DNA of 64,000 bases from a bacterium (lineage in GTDB: Bacteria > CLD3 > SB21): contig JABWCP010000016.1 of the NCBI GenBank assembly GCA_013360215.1, positions 1-64,000 of the forward strand. Direction: 5' to 3'. Shown here piece after piece: positions 59,330 through 64,000 of the stretch (its first letter is position 1; each line of letters begins with the position of its first letter). A program made the position numbers and the translations under genes. The notes beneath the pieces are model-generated. The model did no database searches. It saw only the letters and a list, made by a program, of their open reading frames with translations, and was not told the origin of the DNA.

Positions 59330-60445
59330 CTAGAAATCCGAACTGGGATCCCCGTTATAAAACGGCGTCGGCGATACTTTAGCGTTAAGCTCACGGCCGC
59401 GTGCATTGATCTTGAGCATCGTACCGTCTTTTGCCAATGCCGTCTCTACGTACCCCACGGCAATCGCACGTTGTAAACTCGGCGAAAATGTACCGCTAGT
59501 CACTACGCCGACTTTTCGTCCGTCCGACATGATGTCGTAACCGTGACGCGCCGGTATTTTTCCTTCGACTTCAAGACCGACTAATTTCCTCTTAACGCCA
59601 TCGGCTTTTATTTTTTGTAATGCTTCGCGCCCGATAAACTCGCCTTTATTCAGTTTGGTGATCCAGCCGAGCGAAGCCTCAAGCGGGTTTGTCGTTTCAT
59701 CAATATCGTTGCCATACAAGCGGTAATTCATCTCCAAACGCAGCGTATCCCGCGCACCAAGACCGGCTAAACCGATATTGTATTTTTCACCGGCTTTCAT
59801 CACCGCATTCCATATCTGATCGGCAAACTTCGTATTGAAATACAGTTCAAAACCTTTCTCTCCGGTATATCCGGTACGTGAAATTGTCATCGGCACGCCG
59901 TCCACTTCGCCCTCGCGGAACCAATAAAATTTGATGTCCGACAGATTGGTTTTTGTCAGCGACTGTACGACTTCTTTTGCGTGGGGTCCCTGAATCGCAA
60001 GCAACGCAATATCGTCGCTGATATTTTCCAATTGGAGATGAGAAGGGCAATGCGATTTTACCCAATTAAAATCTTTTTCCATATTGGATGCGTTGACGAC
60101 AAGCATAAATTTTTTATCGTTGTATTTGTACACGATCAGATCGTCCACAATACCGCCGTCGGGTTTGCACATCGCGGAATACTGTGCCTGCGTATCGGCC
60201 ATTTTAGAAACATCATTGACCGTAATTTTTTGTACAAAATCTGCCGCGCCTTCGCCGGTTACCATAAATTCGGCCATGTGTGACACATCAAATACACCGA
60301 CGGCTGTCCGGACGCGTTGATGTTCGACGATATCGCCGTCATAACGAATCGGCATATAATAGCCTGCAAAATCGGCCATTTTAGCACCGGCTGCGATATG
60401 TTTATCGTAGAACGGTGTTTTTTGGGGGTTAGTTGAAGTACTCAA
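59330..60445 (-). CDS. gcvT: Glycine cleavage system aminomethyltransferase T
   Basis: FAGY.MP, FDVSHM, VVNASN, RTGYTGE.GFE, GARDTLRLE and TSGT.SP motifs. Confidence 0.97.
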   Translation of the reverse strand: MSTSTNPQKTPFYDKHIAAGAKMADFAGYYMPIRYDGDIVEHQRVRTAVGVFDVSHMAEFMVTGEGAADFVQKITVNDVSKMADTQAQYSAMCKPDGGIVDDLIVYKYNDKKFMLVVNASNMEKDFNWVKSHCPSHLQLENISDDIALLAIQGPHAKEVVQSLTKTNLSDIKFYWFREGEVDGVPMTISRTGYTGEKGFELYFNTKFADQIWNAVMKAGEKYNIGLAGLGARDTLRLEMNYRLYGNDIDETTNPLEASLGWITKLNKGEFIGREALQKIKADGVKRKLVGLEVEGKIPARHGYDIMSDGRKVGVVTSGTFSPSLQRAIAVGYVETALAKDGTMLKINARGRELNAKVSPTPFYNGDPSSDF

Positions 60446-60532
60446 AATATGTTCTCCAAATTCTTTACTACTTAAAAATGACTTATTTACTATATCAGTC
60501 AGTTCACAAAAGACAATCTACTTTCAATTTTC

Positions 60533-61711
60533 TTACAATTTCTTCATCGCTTTATCAATTCGTTCCAGTGCCAATTTGATATTATCGAGCGAATTGGCAT
60601 AAGAAAACCGGAGATACCCTTCACCGAAACTGCCGAATGCTGTCCCGGATAAAGCTGCGACACCGGCTTCATTGAGCAGATAATCCGCGAGTTTACGCGA
60701 ATCCAAACCGGTTTTGATGATATTGGGAAATACATAAAACGCACCCAACGGTTTTTTGCAGGAAAAACCCTTGATCGCATTGAGTCCGTCCACGATAAAA
60801 TCGCGGCGTTTTTCAAATTCGGTGACCATCGCATTCACGCTGTCTTGCGGCCCCTGCAACGCTTCGATGCATGCTTTTTGTACAAAACTATTCGTACACG
60901 AATTACTGTTGGTTTGCAGTTTGGAAACCATTGCTGCGAGATCTTTGGGCATCACACCAAAACCGGCGCGCCATCCGGTCATGGCATACGTTTTGGAAAA
61001 TCCGTCCAAAATAATCGTGCGTTCTTTCATGCCCGGAAGACTGGCTATGGAATAATGTTCGTACCCGTACATGATGCGTGAATAAATTTCATCGGACATC
61101 ACGTAACAATTATATTGTTTGACGATCGCCGCTATATCTTCGATATCTTTTTTGCTAAACACCCCGCCGGTCGGATTGGCCGGCGAATTGATAATCACAA
61201 GTTTGGTTTTAGGCGAAATTTTTTCCTTCAGTTCGTTCACATCAAAGGTAAAATTTTTTTCTTCGCTGATGTGCAGCGGCACGGCTTTACCGCCGACAAA
61301 ATTGATCATGGACTCATAAATCGGAAAACCGGGATTAGGATAAATCACTTCATCGCCCGGGTCAATCAAGGCCATGATGGGGAAAAATATGATCGGTTTA
61401 CCGCCGGGCGTGACGACCACTTCGTCCGGATGGGCTTCGATATGACGGGTTTGGGAAACATAATCGGCAATCGCTTTGCGCAAATCGGGCAAACCGGGTG
61501 ACGGCCCATAATGCGTCCATCCTTCACGTAGCGCTTTTATCGCCGCTTCGGAAATATTGGTCGGCGTGTCAAAATCCGGTTCGCCGATTTCCAAATGTAC
61601 GATGTGTTTTCCTTGCGCCTCCAAAGCCTTGGCTTTTACGAGCACTTCAAAAGCCGTTTCGGTTCCCAAACGACTCATGGCCGAAGCCGGAGCAACTTTA
61701 AAATCTGACAT
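60533..61711 (-). CDS. PLP-dependent class I aminotransferase (aspartate aminotransferase-like)
   Basis: GEPDF.TP, NSPANPTG, SDEIY, GFSKTYAMTGWR.G and LRFSYA motifs. Confidence 0.95.
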   Translation of the reverse strand: MSDFKVAPASAMSRLGTETAFEVLVKAKALEAQGKHIVHLEIGEPDFDTPTNISEAAIKALREGWTHYGPSPGLPDLRKAIADYVSQTRHIEAHPDEVVVTPGGKPIIFFPIMALIDPGDEVIYPNPGFPIYESMINFVGGKAVPLHISEEKNFTFDVNELKEKISPKTKLVIINSPANPTGGVFSKKDIEDIAAIVKQYNCYVMSDEIYSRIMYGYEHYSIASLPGMKERTIILDGFSKTYAMTGWRAGFGVMPKDLAAMVSKLQTNSNSCTNSFVQKACIEALQGPQDSVNAMVTEFEKRRDFIVDGLNAIKGFSCKKPLGAFYVFPNIIKTGLDSRKLADYLLNEAGVAALSGTAFGSFGEGYLRFSYANSLDNIKLALERIDKAMKKL

Positions 61712-61802
61712 GCCCAAAACTCTCCCGTGTTATTAAAGCTAAATCTCTAATAAAAAAGAATTTACCGTTTTTAAATGGTTTTATCAAGAAATTATTCCCT
61801 TG

Positions 61803-61851
61803 TGTCAAGGCAAAATAGAAATGTCCTAATATAGCAAAGTAGAAATGTCCT
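61803..61851 (+). repeat. Tandem 18-bp direct repeat preceded by TGTC; resembles an orphan IS terminal end
   Basis: GCAAAATAGAAATGTCCT (61810-61827) and GCAAAGTAGAAATGTCCT (61834-61851): 1 mismatch, 24-bp period. Confidence 0.6.
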
Positions 61852-61868
61852 GTTAGAAAGCCGGGTAT

Positions 61869-63416
61869 TTATCCGCTGTAACTGCGATCCAAACTTCGGT
61901 ATTGGATTGCTTCGCTGACGTGTTCGGCGCGAATGGCCGGAGCATTGGCACAATCGGCAATCGTCCGCGCTACTTTAAGAATACGATCGTATGCCCGCGC
62001 AGATAACCCCAGTTTGGTAATCGCGAGTTTCATCAATTCCTGACTGCGTGCATCGATCGTACAAAATTCGCGAATGGCGCGCGACTCCATATCCGCATTA
62101 CAGTACACAGGCTGGCCTTTTTTACGCAGAGATTCAAATCGTTTTAACTGAATTTGCCGCGCTTTTTTAACGCGTTCGCGGATCGCCGAGGAGGTTTCGC
62201 CGTGGCCTTCGGCAGAAAGTTCTTTATATTTTATCGCCGGACAGTCAATATGAATATCAATACGATCCAGAAGTGGCCCCGATATTTTGGCCATGTAGCG
62301 CTGGATCATACCCGGATTACAAGTACAGCGATTGCCGGGATCGGTGTGAAATCCGCACGGGCAAGGATTCATCGCGCAAGCGAGCATAAAATTAGCCGGG
62401 TACGTCAGCGACATTTCAGCGCGACTAATGGTAACATGCCCATCCTCCAAAGGTTGGCGCATGACCTCCAATACGTTTTTTTTAAATTCCGGTAATTCAT
62501 CAAGAAAAAGTACGCCGTGATGCGCAAGACTGACTTCACCGGGTTTGGGAATATGTCCCCCGCCGATCAGTCCCGCGTCGGAGATCGTATGGTGCGGTGA
62601 ACGAAAAGGACGCAGGGTAACCAGCGGCGTATTCTGCGGCAAAAAACCGGCGACAGAATGAATTTTGGTTGTTTCCAGCGCCTCATCCGGTGTCAGATCA
62701 GGCAGTATTGTCGGGATACGTTTGGCTAACATCGTTTTACCGCTTCCGGGCGGACCGATCATAATGATGTTATGGCCTCCGGCGGCCGCAATCTCCAGCG
62801 CTCGCTTGGCATGTTCCTGCCCTTTGACATCACGAAAGTCCACCGGCATAGCCGGAGCCTGATCAAAAAGTGCCGACATATCTACCTGGTGCGGTGCGAT
62901 GTGTTTTTGTCCGTTGAGAAATTGAACAGCATCCGATAATGCGTTGACAGGTATAACTTCTAAACCTTCAGCCATGGCGGCTTCGGCGGCATTACCGGCC
63001 GGTACGATGATGCCTTTGATATGTTCGCGGCGGGCGCGAAGCGCAAGAGACAACACACCGTTGATGGGTCGCAAACTTCCATCCAAACTCAATTCACCGA
63101 CGACCACGTATTCCTCCGTACGATGGGACTCGATCTGACCGTGCGCGGCCAAAATACCCACGGCGATCGGGAGATCAAACCCGGAACCTTCTTTCCGCAA
63201 ATCCGCCGGTGCAAGATTGATCGTAATGCGTTTGATCGGAAATGTAAAACCGGAGTTTTTGATTGCCGCATTAACGCGCTCTTTGCTTTCGCGGACGGCA
63301 TTATCCGGTAAACCGACCGTGATAAAACCGGGTACGGCGCCCTCCAGATGCGCTTCGACTTTGATGATAAAAGCATCAATACCAAATGTAGTCGCGGATA
63401 AAATCTGTGCTAACAT
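61869..63416 (-). CDS. comM: YifB/ComM Mg-chelatase-like AAA+ ATPase
   Basis: VGLPD..V.ES..RV, NLAPAD..KEG, GPPGSGKTM, PFRSPHH, LDELPEF, AMNPCPCG and SGPLLDRID motifs. Confidence 0.96.
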   Translation of the reverse strand: MLAQILSATTFGIDAFIIKVEAHLEGAVPGFITVGLPDNAVRESKERVNAAIKNSGFTFPIKRITINLAPADLRKEGSGFDLPIAVGILAAHGQIESHRTEEYVVVGELSLDGSLRPINGVLSLALRARREHIKGIIVPAGNAAEAAMAEGLEVIPVNALSDAVQFLNGQKHIAPHQVDMSALFDQAPAMPVDFRDVKGQEHAKRALEIAAAGGHNIIMIGPPGSGKTMLAKRIPTILPDLTPDEALETTKIHSVAGFLPQNTPLVTLRPFRSPHHTISDAGLIGGGHIPKPGEVSLAHHGVLFLDELPEFKKNVLEVMRQPLEDGHVTISRAEMSLTYPANFMLACAMNPCPCGFHTDPGNRCTCNPGMIQRYMAKISGPLLDRIDIHIDCPAIKYKELSAEGHGETSSAIRERVKKARQIQLKRFESLRKKGQPVYCNADMESRAIREFCTIDARSQELMKLAITKLGLSARAYDRILKVARTIADCANAPAIRAEHVSEAIQYRSLDRSYSG

Positions 63417-63492
63417 AAACCCCCTTCATCGCAAATTTTTTTTAAAAAAATTAAATATGGATGCGGAAGGTTTTCTGTCAAAAAATGACAAT

Positions 63493-63530
63493 AAAAAAAC
63501 GGCTCCGGGATTTTTTAACCGAAAGCCGTT
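63493..63530 (-). terminator. Putative terminator upstream of comM
   Basis: AACGGCT...AGCCGTT imperfect stem with a U-tract on the minus strand. Confidence 0.55.
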
Positions 63531-63551
63531 TAATGGGACGAATTGTATTTT

Positions 63552-63998
63552 TTAGTTTTTGATTACAGACGGTAAACGACCCGGCGTAAAAGGCGCGCCA
63601 TAACGATCCATCTGCTGTTCTATGCGTTTGATCTCCGCATCAGTCTCCTGGAGTGCACGAAGTAATCCTTCAAATTGTGCAGCCGCCACGTCATACAAAT
63701 GCTGAAATGTAGTTGTCGCATCCGATGTGGTAGTCCACAGATTACCGGTGATGATTTCGACGCGCCCCCGCAACGATGTCGGCGGCACACCTTCATACAG
63801 CGCACGCAATCCGTCACCATTCATTTGACGTTGAATACGTTTGAGTTTATCCTCTGCAGCGACCACAGCTGCATACGTTCCTTCGGGAAGCTTTGCCGTT
63901 TCGATCACGGCTTGTTTGAGCAACGGTATTTTCTCCACCATACTCTCACGGTAGGCATCCGCACTGCTGATAGCCCGGATCAGTTCGGCTACTTTTTT
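63552..63998 (-). CDS. C-terminus of a large protein, probably VPS10/BNR-repeat glycosyl hydrolase-like (truncated by window)
   Basis: Frame is open to the window edge (KKVAELIRAISSAD...). Helical tail ending GAPFTPGRLP, which I recall as typical of FCB VPS10-domain proteins. Confidence 0.6.
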   Translation of the reverse strand, partial: KKVAELIRAISSADAYRESMVEKIPLLKQAVIETAKLPEGTYAAVVAAEDKLKRIQRQMNGDGLRALYEGVPPTSLRGRVEIITGNLWTTTSDATTTFQHLYDVAAAQFEGLLRALQETDAEIKRIEQQMDRYGAPFTPGRLPSVIKN

Positions 63999-64000
63999 AT

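Noticed and set aside
59330-60445. gcvT without gcvH/gcvP
   Set aside because: Dispersed gcv genes are common in FCB genomes.
61760-61802. dif/Xer site next to the IS-end-like repeat
   Set aside because: No convincing XerD arm (TTATGTTAAAT) or XerC arm on either strand.
1-64000. CRISPR array, tRNA/rRNA, prophage, integrase, transposase, retron/DGR or defence genes
   Set aside because: No repeat-spacer periodicity, cloverleaf, or RT/integrase/nuclease motif seen by eye.

Overview
Chromosomal window from a diderm bacterium, probably a non-Bacteroidia FCB-group lineage (KSB1/Calditrichota/Ignavibacteria-like; inference). Support for this placement: the rplM-rpsI-rpsB-tsf gene order, a fused CcoN-CcoO and a T9SS-type sorting domain, alongside strong AGGAG Shine-Dalgarno sites and TTGACA-17-TATATT-type promoters. 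Contents from left to right: (1) a ribosomal cluster with an S2-leader-like RNA; (2) a complete cbb3 oxidase operon (ccoI-S-NO-Q-P-G-H-DsbD_2) with FNR-like boxes, ending unexpectedly in thiH; (3) yceI, marR, a lipoprotein and a HAD hydrolase; (4) gdhA; (5) a three-gene operon of a TonB-dependent receptor, a 1180-aa T9SS-CTD surface protein and a dedicated PorV-like barrel, with no SusD, which is the best candidate for an uncharacterised system; (6) smc, nth, an orphan beta-propeller histidine kinase, gltA, dtd, lptD, doxX and uvrA; (7) a Wza/Wzc/Wzx surface-glycan locus with a low-GC variable core and no recognisable Wzy; (8) lolA, ftsK, gcvT, an aminotransferase and comM, with an orphan IS-end-like repeat at the comM 3' end, then a truncated VPS10/BNR-type protein. 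I found no tRNA, rRNA, CRISPR array, transposase or prophage. All calls come from motif recognition by eye; no database searches were run.
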